A stretch of 34,541 nucleotides of DNA, from sequence record SRR31156797_4457. The stretch is one strand, 5' to 3'. Shown one piece after another: positions 1-9,296 of this stretch. Positions within the stretch are counted from its first letter, which is position 1; the number at the start of each line of letters is the position of its first letter. The position numbers were made by a program, and so were the translations under genes. Below the pieces are notes generated by a model, which saw only the letters and a program-made list of their open reading frames with translations, was not told the origin of the DNA and did no database searches.

Positions 1-111
1 ATTTCTCTAAAACTTTCGGAGGCTAGTGACTCATTTTATATTTTACTCTTTCTGAAAGTGCATAGATACAAATAGATAGGAGTTTGAAAAAAGACAAAAA
101 TCATATTTAGC

Positions 112-137
112 TTACTTCAAATCTTTACTTCAAATCT
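112..137. repeat. Perfect 13-bp tandem direct repeat (TTACTTCAAATCT x2)
   Basis: 112-124 and 125-137 are identical; upstream of the ALDH gene. Confidence 0.85.
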
Positions 138-206
138 AAAATGTATTAACTTCATCATAATACTGTGTTTTATCGAACTCAGTTTAATACCATTAATATC
201 TTAACT

Positions 207-1793
207 ATGGCTCAATTTTATTTAAAATACAGGTCGCATCATAAGCAGGATTACGATGTGCCAAAAATGCTAAAGGAACTAGGAATACTTGCACTTAATT
301 CAGGACTTTCAAACGGAAAGCAATGGTTAGAAACGCAAGGTGAAAAAATGGTTTCCTATTCCCCTATTGATGGACATCCAATTGCAGAAGTCAAACTAGC
401 AACCGCCTCAGATTATATTAATTTGGTAGATAATGCCACCGTAGCATTTAAATATTGGCGGAATATTCCGGCTCCCAAAAGAGGGGAAATCGTTCGTCAA
501 ATGGGAATGGCTTTGCGTGGGCAGAAAGAAAACCTGGGTAAATTAATTTCATTGGAAATGGGAAAAATTTATCAGGAAGGTCTTGGTGAAGTGCAGGAAA
601 TGATTGATATCTGTGATTTTGCAGTTGGTTTATCTCGTCAGCAATATGGCTTCACCATGAAAAGTGAAAGGCCGGGTCATCGTTTGTTCGATCAATATCA
701 CCCATTGGGAGTCATCGGAATTATTTCAGCATTTAATTTTCCAATGGCTGTTTGGGCCTGGAATGCCATGATTGCTTTAGTATGCGGCGATGTGTGTATT
801 TGGAAGCCAAGCTCCAAAGTACCTCTTTGCGCTATTGCAGTGCACAATGTGTTATCTGAAGTGCTAAATCAGAATGATGTTCCAAAAGGAGTTTTAAATA
901 TGATTATTGCACCTTCTTCCGAAATCGGTGATTTGATGGCTGAGGATAAGAGATTACCTTTAATTTCGATTACCGGATCAACCGGAGTTGGGAAAAAAGT
1001 AAGTGCTAAAGTGGCTGAACGATTGGGAAGAACGATTGCCGAACTAGGAGGAAATAACGCAATTGTTGTAACGCAAACAGCCGATCTTCATTTAACTATT
1101 CCAGCTATTGTTTTTGGGGCAGTGGGAACAAGCGGTCAGCGTTGTACTACAACCCGGCGTTTAATCATTCATAAAGCCATATACGATCAGGTAGTAAAAA
1201 TGCTCATAAATGCATATAAACAGATTGAATTAAAAATTGGTAACCCATTGGATGAGGTAGTACTCGTTGGGCCTCTAATTGATCATGCAGCTGTTGAATT
1301 ATATCAAAATACAATTGATGCAGCCATTAAACAAGGCTGTAAAGTGCTATTCGGAAATAAGGTATTAAAAAGTACGAAGCCGGATAAGGGTCATTATGTT
1401 GTTCCAAGCATAATTGAAGCCGAAAATCAAATGCCGATTGTTCAGCACGAATCTTTTGTACCTGTAGTGTATGTGATGAAATATGAAAGTTTTGAAGAAG
1501 CCATTGAAATGCATAACGATGTGCCACAAGGTTTATCTTCTTCTATCTTTAGTCAGAATATGCACCAATGTGAAGAGTTTATTTCAGCTATTGGAAGTGA
1601 TTGTGGAATTGCGAATGTGAATATTGGAACTTCTGGAGCAGAAATTGGCGGTGCATTTGGCGGTGAAAAAGATACTGGTGGAGGAAGAGAGTCCGGATCA
1701 GATGCCTGGAAAGCCTATGTTCGAAGGCAAACCAATACTATTAACTGGAGTAATGATTTGCCTCTTGCTCAGGGTATAAAGTTTGATCTTTAA
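207..1793 (+). CDS. Aldehyde dehydrogenase, ALDH7/alpha-aminoadipate semialdehyde dehydrogenase-like
   Basis: ISAFNFP, WKPS, ITGSTGVG, ELGGNN (catalytic Glu), SGQRCTT (catalytic Cys), GAEIGGAFGGEKDTGGGRESGSDAWK and C-terminal LPLAQGIKF typical of ALDH7. ATG 207 preferred to GTG 165; true start could be further downstream. Confidence 0.9.
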   Translation: MAQFYLKYRSHHKQDYDVPKMLKELGILALNSGLSNGKQWLETQGEKMVSYSPIDGHPIAEVKLATASDYINLVDNATVAFKYWRNIPAPKRGEIVRQMGMALRGQKENLGKLISLEMGKIYQEGLGEVQEMIDICDFAVGLSRQQYGFTMKSERPGHRLFDQYHPLGVIGIISAFNFPMAVWAWNAMIALVCGDVCIWKPSSKVPLCAIAVHNVLSEVLNQNDVPKGVLNMIIAPSSEIGDLMAEDKRLPLISITGSTGVGKKVSAKVAERLGRTIAELGGNNAIVVTQTADLHLTIPAIVFGAVGTSGQRCTTTRRLIIHKAIYDQVVKMLINAYKQIELKIGNPLDEVVLVGPLIDHAAVELYQNTIDAAIKQGCKVLFGNKVLKSTKPDKGHYVVPSIIEAENQMPIVQHESFVPVVYVMKYESFEEAIEMHNDVPQGLSSSIFSQNMHQCEEFISAIGSDCGIANVNIGTSGAEIGGAFGGEKDTGGGRESGSDAWKAYVRRQTNTINWSNDLPLAQGIKFDL

Positions 1794-1887
1794 AATATTA
1801 AGTATGTAATGGTTTTGAATAATTCCTTTGGTAAGGCTTCTATTCACTGAGTATTCTTATTTTTATGCCTCATTTTATAGTGAACTA

Positions 1888-2616
1888 ATGATTGAGTCGA
1901 CCAGAGGAATTGTATTAACAAGTACAAAATATGCCGAAAGTAGTTTAATTGTTCATATTTATACGGAAAAATATGGACTTCAATCCTATTTGGTTAATCA
2001 GGTTAGAAGTCGTAAAAACAAGGGCAAAACTATTTTTTTACAGGCTTTAGCTTTGGTTGATTTAGAGGTATATCATTCTGATAAAAAAACAATACATCGT
2101 ATAAAAGATTTTAAGGTAAATACGCCTTTTACTCAAATACCTTTTGAACCGGTTCGAAGATCATTAGCCTTTTTTATTGCTGAGTTTTTAAACAAAGCCT
2201 TAAAACAAGAGGATAAAACAGAACCTGATTTATTTGCATTTCTGCATCATGCCATTTCTCTGTTAGATACTGATTTATCTGGGGTTCAGAATTTTCATTT
2301 GTTTCTGCTATTCAAGTTAACTATGCCTTTAGGTTTTTATCCTCATTTTAAAGAGGTGATAAATGCCAGATTTTTCGATCTGAAAACAGGAATGTTTGTA
2401 AGCGCTGAACCTGCACATCCTAACTATTTAAACAATTTTGAAACTCAGATATTACTTCAGTTGGAAGATCTTAGTATTGAACATCTTCAGACTCTTAAAC
2501 TTACCGGAGAACAAAGGACCGCATTTATTTCTAAAATGCTGAATTATTATCATTTACATCTATCCGGATTTTCAAATATTAAATCATTCGAAGTATTAAA
2601 GGAATTGTTTCATTAG
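1888..2616 (+). CDS. recO: DNA repair protein RecO
   Basis: N-terminal OB fold TRGIVL..KYAESSLIVHIYTEKYG, LGFYP, FFDLKTGMF, C-terminal IKSFEVLKELF. ATG 1888 preferred. Confidence 0.92.
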   Translation: MIESTRGIVLTSTKYAESSLIVHIYTEKYGLQSYLVNQVRSRKNKGKTIFLQALALVDLEVYHSDKKTIHRIKDFKVNTPFTQIPFEPVRRSLAFFIAEFLNKALKQEDKTEPDLFAFLHHAISLLDTDLSGVQNFHLFLLFKLTMPLGFYPHFKEVINARFFDLKTGMFVSAEPAHPNYLNNFETQILLQLEDLSIEHLQTLKLTGEQRTAFISKMLNYYHLHLSGFSNIKSFEVLKELFH

Positions 2617-2821
2617 TCGAAAATTGAGATACTTCCAATTTAATTGAACCAAAAACATCTATTCTTTCTTCTATATAAAAAAGTTTCGTAAATTGGTAAA
2701 AGACCTTGTTCTTTTGGATGTGTGTTTAATACGTTGAAATTGAGGGCTGATCCAAAATCAACAAACGAACTTAACAAGCATATAACTTTCTCCAAATCCT
2801 ATTTAACTTTTTATTATTGCT

Positions 2822-3955
2822 ATGATTACACAACAAATAGATAACTTAATATTGCCCAAAAGTATTGTAGAATATGCAAGGGAAGCAGGGCTAACCAATT
2901 TAGCAGAAAATCATTCTTATTTAGGTTGTAGTAAAGCATTAGAAGATCTGCTTCTAAAACATATTCTCCCCAATGCCAATTATTCACCAGAGGAATATGG
3001 ATTGATGGAATTGCGTAAGGCTATTTCTGCAAAAACTTCAAGGTTATACGATTATGATTATAATCCGCTTGAAGAAGTTACGATTACTGCAGGGGTTAAA
3101 CAAAGTGTGTTTGCTTCTATACTTGCTTTATTAAAAGAGGGTGATGAGGTAATTATTTTTGAACCTGCGCACAAAAGTTATGATTCAGCCATAAAAATAA
3201 CCGGAGCCAGAGCTATATATGTAGCTCTAAAAGGACCTGATTTTAAGGTAGACTGGGAGGATGTGCAAAAGGTAATTACCTCCCATACCAGAATGATTAT
3301 TATAAATTCGCCTCATTTTCCTACAGGATCTGTCTTGTCCGAGCTGGATATGATTCGTTTGCAAAAAATCATCAATGGAACCAAGATTATTATTTTAAGC
3401 GATGAATCTTTTGAACATGTGGTTTTCGATGGAGAAATGCATCAAAGTATTGCTTTGTATCCGGCATTAAGGGAGAGAAGTGTTATTATTTCGTCTTTTA
3501 ATGAAACTTTAAATATTCCTCATTGGCATATAGGTTACTGTATGGCTACAGAAAAACTGATGCGTGAAATTAGAAAGGTTTTAGCTATTGTGGGAGAGGG
3601 AATTAACTTGCCATACCAAATGGCTGTGGCAGAGCATTTGTTGCATGATTTTAACTACAATAGTCAATCTACATTTTATCAAAATAAAAGAGATCTGTTT
3701 TTAAAAGTAGTTGAAGATTCCAACATTGAGGCAGTTCCAAGTAAAGGAACCTACTTTCAAATTATTAGTGTAAAAAATGCGACTGAAAAAAATGATGTGG
3801 AATTAGCTCAGCGTTTGATGAGAGAAAATATGTTGGCGACAATCCCAATAAGTGCTTACTATCACGAAAACAGCAAGAAGAAATTTCTGCGCTTAAACCT
3901 GTCAGTTCCGGATGAAGTGATTATGGACGCAGCAACAAAATTGAAAAGTCTTTAG
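2822..3955 (+). CDS. Class I/II aminotransferase homolog (YbdL/methionine aminotransferase-like) with degenerate PLP site
   Basis: Colinear with YbdL family (ELRKAISAKTSRLY, EVTITAG, GDEVIIFEP, F.VDW, LSDE..EH..FDG..H.S, GTYFQ), but SSFGKT reads SSFNET. Confidence 0.85.
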   Translation: MITQQIDNLILPKSIVEYAREAGLTNLAENHSYLGCSKALEDLLLKHILPNANYSPEEYGLMELRKAISAKTSRLYDYDYNPLEEVTITAGVKQSVFASILALLKEGDEVIIFEPAHKSYDSAIKITGARAIYVALKGPDFKVDWEDVQKVITSHTRMIIINSPHFPTGSVLSELDMIRLQKIINGTKIIILSDESFEHVVFDGEMHQSIALYPALRERSVIISSFNETLNIPHWHIGYCMATEKLMREIRKVLAIVGEGINLPYQMAVAEHLLHDFNYNSQSTFYQNKRDLFLKVVEDSNIEAVPSKGTYFQIISVKNATEKNDVELAQRLMRENMLATIPISAYYHENSKKKFLRLNLSVPDEVIMDAATKLKSL

Positions 3956-3974
3956 CGAAGAGCTAAAGACTTTT
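3944..3974. terminator. Bidirectional intrinsic terminator between convergent genes
   Basis: Perfect 13-bp stem AAAAGTCTTTAGC/GCTAAAGACTTTT, 5-nt loop, followed by T-rich tract. Confidence 0.8.
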
Positions 3975-3980
3975 ATTTTT

Positions 3981-5573
3981 TTATCCTAAAGAGGCCAAAA
4001 TCTGAACACAAATAATCAACAATACCATTGCTACCGGATAAACCGTTGCGTAGGCAATAGAAGGCGCATTTGTCTCTGTCATTGGGTCAACAGCAGCAAG
4101 ACCAGGAGTACTTGTCATTGATCCTGTTAAAGCTCCAAGCATCGATAATACATTAACTTTAAACAGCCAGCGTGCAATTGCTGCTCCAAATATCATTGGT
4201 AGAAGAGTTAAAGCACCTCCTATCAGGAATAAAGTAAATCCATATTGGTTGTATGTTTCAACTATTTGTGCACCGGCTTTGGTACCTACTCCTGCTAAAA
4301 AGAACATCAATCCCAAAGTTCTCAATAATTGGTTGGCACCTCCTGACATAGACCAAATTATTGGACCGGTTTTTCCAATTCGGCTTAAAATCATCGAAAC
4401 AGTTAAAACACCTCCAGTAAGTCCCAACGAAAAAGTAAAAGAGTTACCAAAGTTCAATGAAAATTTACCAAGGAAGAAACCTAATACGATACCTGCAGCA
4501 ATAGGAAAGAAATCCGTATCTGAAAGCTTTTTACTATTACCTCCAAATATTTTAGTTACCACTTCCATATGTGCTTTATTACATGAAATTTTAATTTTAT
4601 CACCCATTTGAAGCTTCAAATTAGGAGTAGGGGTAATATCAATTCCTGATCGGCGAACCCTTGTAATAGTAACTCCATAAGTAGCAGTCCATTGGTATAT
4701 TTCTTTTATGGTTTTATTTACAACATTAGCATTGGATACTAAAATAGACTGAATTTCATATCCTTCCTTCAAAGGAATTTCTTCTTTTGTTTCACTACCA
4801 ATTAATAATTGAACCTTTTTTAAGGCTTCTTCTGTACCAACTGCTTTAATGATATCTCCCATATTTAAAATAGTGGTGGATTGGGGAACTAAAGGATTAT
4901 TTCCTGATTTAACTCTTGAAATAACGCTTTGAGTCATAGTTCTAACTCTTAAATCACCTATTGTTTTTCCGGCTACATTTTCGTTTTCAACAACAAAATG
5001 CTTGAATGAAATTTCCGGAAATACTTCATCCGATGACTTTTCGTATTCTTCTTCAGCCTTTTTAATATTAATTCGCGTGAATTTAGGATAAAGACGTACA
5101 AATAATATAACGCCAATTACACCAAAAGGATAAGCGATACCATATCCAATGGATACACCAGTAGAACCTGTGCTCTCAATTGCTGCGGCTAAACCAGGTG
5201 TACTGGTTAAGGCTCCGGTAAGTAAGCCAATGGCAACAGGTACATCTATATTAAATAATTTAATAGCTAAAAATGTAAGCAAAGAAGCTGAGATAATGAC
5301 TACAGTAGCCATAATTACCAAAGTACGTCCTTGTTTTTTAAATGAATCAAAAAATCCGGGCCCTGCCTGTATACCAATAGTGTATACGAATAAAATCAGA
5401 CCAAGTTTTTCAATAATGGAAGGCATTATAATGCCGTAATGTCCAAATACCAGCGCAACAAAAATAATTGCTGAAATATCAAGCGATATTCCTTTAAATT
5501 TTGCATTTCCAATAATGTATCCGAGACAAATAATAACGAATAGTGCGAAGTAACCGTGTTGTAAAAATTCCAT
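3981..5573 (-). CDS. AspT/YidE/YbjL family transporter with TrkA_C domains
   Basis: Duplicated membrane domains with GALTSTPGLAAA/GYGIAYPFG and GSMTSTPGLAA/YATVYP, separated by soluble TrkA_C regions (ITRVRRSG). ATG 5573 preferred. Confidence 0.9.
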   Translation of the reverse strand: MEFLQHGYFALFVIICLGYIIGNAKFKGISLDISAIIFVALVFGHYGIIMPSIIEKLGLILFVYTIGIQAGPGFFDSFKKQGRTLVIMATVVIISASLLTFLAIKLFNIDVPVAIGLLTGALTSTPGLAAAIESTGSTGVSIGYGIAYPFGVIGVILFVRLYPKFTRINIKKAEEEYEKSSDEVFPEISFKHFVVENENVAGKTIGDLRVRTMTQSVISRVKSGNNPLVPQSTTILNMGDIIKAVGTEEALKKVQLLIGSETKEEIPLKEGYEIQSILVSNANVVNKTIKEIYQWTATYGVTITRVRRSGIDITPTPNLKLQMGDKIKISCNKAHMEVVTKIFGGNSKKLSDTDFFPIAAGIVLGFFLGKFSLNFGNSFTFSLGLTGGVLTVSMILSRIGKTGPIIWSMSGGANQLLRTLGLMFFLAGVGTKAGAQIVETYNQYGFTLFLIGGALTLLPMIFGAAIARWLFKVNVLSMLGALTGSMTSTPGLAAVDPMTETNAPSIAYATVYPVAMVLLIICVQILASLG

Positions 5574-5594
5574 GAGCAAATTAGATTAGGCCTG

Positions 5595-5602
5595 CAAAGA
5601 TA
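5595..5602 (-). promoter_or_regulatory. Bacteroidota sigma70 -7 element (TATCTTTG)
   Basis: Matches TAnnTTTG just upstream of the YidE-family gene. Confidence 0.65.
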
Positions 5603-5852
5603 ACTATTTATCAAGGTTTTAATGTTATGAATTGTACTTTAGGGGCGTTTATTAACATTCATTATTACTTAAACAAAAATGTAGGTATCTCTACAATTTT
5701 GTAGTATGATTTTTTTACAGAGTTTTTAATCAGCTTATTATGCAAAAACATGACATTAGTCATAAGCAATTTATACCAAGCTAGTATTACTATTGTTGTA
5801 TTAATATTTGTTAATGAATTATGCTCTAAATAATATGGTAATTAATAAAAAT

Positions 5853-5860
5853 TACATTTG
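5853..5860 (+). promoter_or_regulatory. Bacteroidota -7 element (TACATTTG)
   Basis: Matches TAnnTTTG about 35 nt before ATG 5895. Confidence 0.65.
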
Positions 5861-5894
5861 TGCTTCAAATTAACTCCATTTAAAACAGAATAAA

Positions 5895-6464
5895 ATGAAC
5901 AAGATCAAATTAGCCATTAGCGCTTTATGTTTGATGCTGGTTACTGCTGCAATGGCTCAGCATCATGAAATCCATGAACCAACTCACGAAGAACATGGGA
6001 AACACAAAGTTGCCTTTTATGCTGGATTTACGCACGTTAGTGCAGCTTTTTACGAGCATGAAACACATCAGGAGAGTACTGGAAAATGGATTCCTACCTT
6101 AGGTCTTGAGTACTATTATACTTTAAGTCATAGTTTTGATATTGGTTTAGTTGCTGATATGGAATTAGATGAGTATTATATTCATACAGAGGAGCATAAC
6201 AACTTAATGCGTAATAATATTGTTATTGCTGCTGCAGTGGCACGTTATAAACCAATAAAGCATTTAGGTTTATTTGCAGGACCTGGTTTTGAAACTGAAT
6301 TTGTTGGTGAAGAAGAGTCTAAATCGTTTATGGTATTAAAAGCAGGTATAGACTATGAAGTTGAAATAGAAAATGGTTGGGAACTCACACCAATTTTTTC
6401 ATATGACTTTAAAGAACATTACTCTTCATACTCATTTGGAATCTCACTGGGTAAGCGTTTTTAA
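5895..6464 (+). CDS. Small outer-membrane beta-barrel protein with His-rich N-terminus
   Basis: Signal peptide ending AMA-Q, QHHEIHEPTHEEHGKHK, alternating amphipathic strands (LGLEYYY, LGLFAGPGFE, AGIDYEV), C-terminal GISLGKRF. Confidence 0.7.
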   Translation: MNKIKLAISALCLMLVTAAMAQHHEIHEPTHEEHGKHKVAFYAGFTHVSAAFYEHETHQESTGKWIPTLGLEYYYTLSHSFDIGLVADMELDEYYIHTEEHNNLMRNNIVIAAAVARYKPIKHLGLFAGPGFETEFVGEEESKSFMVLKAGIDYEVEIENGWELTPIFSYDFKEHYSSYSFGISLGKRF

Positions 6465-6483
6465 AGATTGAACAAAGCATAGT

Positions 6484-6527
6484 AAAATAACACAATGGGT
6501 TTAAGAATTAGCCTGTTGTGTTATTTT
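6484..6527. terminator. Bidirectional intrinsic terminator
   Basis: AAAATAACACAATGGGTT pairs with AGCCTGTTGTGTTATTTT (some G-U) between convergent genes. Confidence 0.7.
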
Positions 6528-6961
6528 TTGGAGCGAATAAATTCTTTTACTTCCGAGAGTTCAAATCCAAAACTTTCTATCCATCTAACTGCATCGTCAT
6601 ATTCATAAAAGATGCGTGTTTTTATCCGTATATTTTTAAGATAAAAAGAATAGATAAAGGCGCTTATAATTTCAAAAAATCTTCTTCGAATAATTATTGC
6701 ATTACATCTATAATCTATTTTTAAAGGAATCTTTTTTATAGTTGTATTTATCTTAAGAGCAGTGCGAGGATCTGATAAGATTAAATCCTTAAAGTCGCAA
6801 AGTGATGCAAACTGAAAATGCGGATAGTCATTAATGATATCGTCAACTATGTGGTCGAAAAACTCAGCATCTTCCTCGTTATGTTGCCCTTTTACTTTAA
6901 AGTAGGCCACATCCTTCGGTAGAAATACGGTAAACTTATTATTGTCAATATCGACGATCAT
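6521..6961 (-). CDS. Hypothetical protein, probable SpoIIAA/STAS-SEC14-like fold
   Basis: 146 aa; YFKVKG, LCDFKDL and C-terminal TRIFYEYDDAVRWIESFG resemble the 'F....eA..Wl' end of SpoIIAA-like proteins. Confidence 0.55.
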   Translation of the reverse strand: MIVDIDNNKFTVFLPKDVAYFKVKGQHNEEDAEFFDHIVDDIINDYPHFQFASLCDFKDLILSDPRTALKINTTIKKIPLKIDYRCNAIIIRRRFFEIISAFIYSFYLKNIRIKTRIFYEYDDAVRWIESFGFELSEVKEFIRSKK

Positions 6962-7252
6962 AGCGTAAAGTTTATGCTTGTGCTTAACAAGTTCGTAAAA
7001 AAATGTATTCCTGCGTTATTCTGGATCAATCTTTTTTAGCTTTTATTGGTAACTCGTTGAACGATACGTATAATCGATGAATAAATGTTTGATCCTATTT
7101 TAGCTTTAGGAAATTTATGGTATTACACATATGAGTGGTTTAAGATTTTATACTCAATAGACCGTGTAATAATGTCTGAAATCTTAGTCATTATCGTTCA
7201 ATCTTACGCATAATGTTTCTAAAATCTTGTATAAATGTTAAAATGTTATTAA

Positions 7253-7302
7253 ATATCGCAAGCGATATAAAATAATGTATATATTTGTGTCGTAAACGAT
7301 AT
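7253..7302 (+). promoter_or_regulatory. gpx promoter (-7 TATATTTG, 7280-7287) flanked by two palindromic putative OhrR/MarR operators
   Basis: ATATCGC-AA-GCGATAT (7253-7268) and GTGTCGT-AA-ACGATAT (7287-7302). Confidence 0.65.
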
Positions 7303-7326
7303 ATAGTAATTTTTAAATATGTAGTT

Positions 7327-7809
7327 ATGAAAAGCAATTTTTATGAGTTTGAAGCTAAAAGTCTTCAAGGGAAAAATGTGTCAATGGAAGATTTTAAAGG
7401 TAAAACAGTTTTAGTTGTAAACACGGCTAGTAAATGCGGTTTGACACCTCAATACGAAGGTCTTGAGAAATTATACCAGAATTATAAAGATAAGGGTTTG
7501 ATAATTTTAGGTTTTCCGTGTAACCAATTTGGAAACCAGGAACCGGGTGATGAAAAATCCATATCAGAAGGATGTCTGATTAATTATGGTGTAACGTTTC
7601 CGATGTTTGCCAAAGTAGATGTTAATGGAGATAATGCTCATCCAATTTTTAAATATTTAAAAGAAGAGCTGAACGGTACCTTCGGAAATAAAGTAAAATG
7701 GAATTTTACCAAGTTTTTAATTGATGCAGAAGGAAATCCGAAAAAACGTTTTGCACCAATTGTGAAGCCAGCTAAAATAGAAAAGTATTTACAAGAACAT
7801 TTGGGCTGA
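7327..7809 (+). CDS. gpx: Cys-type glutathione peroxidase family protein
   Basis: [32 protein letters not shown] 7327 preferred because TTG 7285 lies inside the promoter box. Confidence 0.95.
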   Translation: MKSNFYEFEAKSLQGKNVSMEDFKGKTVLVVNTASKCGLTPQYEGLEKLYQNYKDKGLIILGFPCNQFGNQEPGDEKSISEGCLINYGVTFPMFAKVDVNGDNAHPIFKYLKEELNGTFGNKVKWNFTKFLIDAEGNPKKRFAPIVKPAKIEKYLQEHLG

Positions 7810-7892
7810 TATAATCCTTGTCTAATAAAAGGATAGATTTTGTTTTATCTTTGAAACAAAATCATCACATCTTGTGATAAAAAAGTAAGAGA

Positions 7893-8339
7893 ATGGGGTA
7901 TGAGCAATTAAAACTACAAAACCAATTATGTTTTCCTGCATACGCAGCATCAAGGTTAATTATAAGAGAATATAAACCAGAATTGGATAAACTCGGAATT
8001 ACTTATCCTCAATACCTGGTTTTAATGATTTTGTGGGAAGAAGATTGCTATTTGGTAAATGATATTGCTAAAAAACTGGTATTAAATACAAATACCGTTA
8101 CCCCATTACTTAAAAGAATGGAGGCTATGGGTTTAATTACCCGTGAAAAATCAAGGGAAGACGAAAGAAAAGTGAATGTTTGTCTTACTCCCAAAGGCAA
8201 AAGTCTCGAAGACAAGGCTGCGCATATCCCGGAAAAATTAAGTGCTAATTTACTAGGTGGTTCCATGGGATTAGATGAACTAATTCAGCTAAAAAAGCTG
8301 TTGGATACACTTGTGTCGGAATTATCGAATAAAAAGTAA
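7893..8339 (+). CDS. ohrR: MarR family regulator, OhrR-like
   Basis: LKLQNQLCFPAYAASR with sensor Cys, LGITYPQYLV, TVTPLLKRME, DERKV. Own -7 box TATCTTTG at 7846-7853. Confidence 0.88.
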   Translation: MGYEQLKLQNQLCFPAYAASRLIIREYKPELDKLGITYPQYLVLMILWEEDCYLVNDIAKKLVLNTNTVTPLLKRMEAMGLITREKSREDERKVNVCLTPKGKSLEDKAAHIPEKLSANLLGGSMGLDELIQLKKLLDTLVSELSNKK

Positions 8340-8451
8340 TAGCCCAAATTGCATTTCAATTTAATAGAATTAAGCACCAAATTCTGACAATATGCAATAG
8401 CAATAGGAAATGAATTAGGTTTTATGCTAAAATAACATTTCCTTTGTTTCC

Positions 8452-9216
8452 ATGATAGAATCCGTAGTAAATCCATTACACACTAGTTGGGAAACTTGGC
8501 TTTTTACAGGTCTTTGTGCTTTAGTTTCTGGTATGAGTAAAAGTGGATTGAAGGGGTTTGCTATGATAAACATTCCAATCTTAGCCTGGCTGTATGGAGG
8601 AATGGCCTCTGTTGGAATATTATTACCATTTCTGATTTTCGGAGATATTTTTGCCATTATTTACTACAAACGAAATGTACAATGGAAGTACATTAAGCGT
8701 CTTTTCCCCTGGGCCTTAGTCGGGGTAATTATCGCTACTTTTTTTGGCAAATACGTTAGTGATGACCAGTTTCGTAATACAATTGGAGTGGCCATCTTAT
8801 TATGTTTGGTCATTATTTTGTATCGCGATTTATCCGGAAAAGATTTCAAATTTAATGAGCAAAGATGGTTTTCAACTTCGCTGGGTTTTATGGGTGGATT
8901 TGCAACCATGATTGGAAATGCGGCTGGTCCAATATTTAATTTGTACCTGATGAGCATGCGTCTTCCTAAAAATTCGTTTATTGCTACGGGAGCATATTTC
9001 TATTTGGTTCTTAACTTTATTAAAGTTCCCATTCATGTTTTTTATTGGAAATCCATCACAGCACAAACCATTCAGTTGAATTTTGTTTTTCTTCCTGTAT
9101 TATTAGTGGGAGCATTTACTGGCAAGTATATCGTAAAATTTATCCCGGAAAGGGCATATCGTATTTTTGTATTAACTGTAATTTCCATCTCAGCTATTTT
9201 ACTCTTTTTTAAATAG
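8452..9216 (+). CDS. Sulfite exporter TauE/SafE family membrane protein
   Basis: Multi-TM; GMSKSGLKG, ASVGILLP...GD, GFATMIGNAAGP, FIAT. Confidence 0.85.
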   Translation: MIESVVNPLHTSWETWLFTGLCALVSGMSKSGLKGFAMINIPILAWLYGGMASVGILLPFLIFGDIFAIIYYKRNVQWKYIKRLFPWALVGVIIATFFGKYVSDDQFRNTIGVAILLCLVIILYRDLSGKDFKFNEQRWFSTSLGFMGGFATMIGNAAGPIFNLYLMSMRLPKNSFIATGAYFYLVLNFIKVPIHVFYWKSITAQTIQLNFVFLPVLLVGAFTGKYIVKFIPERAYRIFVLTVISISAILLFFK

Positions 9217-9296
9217 GCAAGAGATAATCTATTAATATCATTTCCTTTTTTTACTTAGCTTTGTACGTGTATATTGATATGAATAATTCAAAAACT

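Noticed and set aside
1-104. Possible minus-strand gene start at the window edge
   Set aside because: ATG-initiated frames at 104, 63 and 34 all hit stops within 23 codons.
7327-7809. Selenocysteine glutathione peroxidase
   Set aside because: Active-site codon is TGC (Cys); no in-frame TGA.
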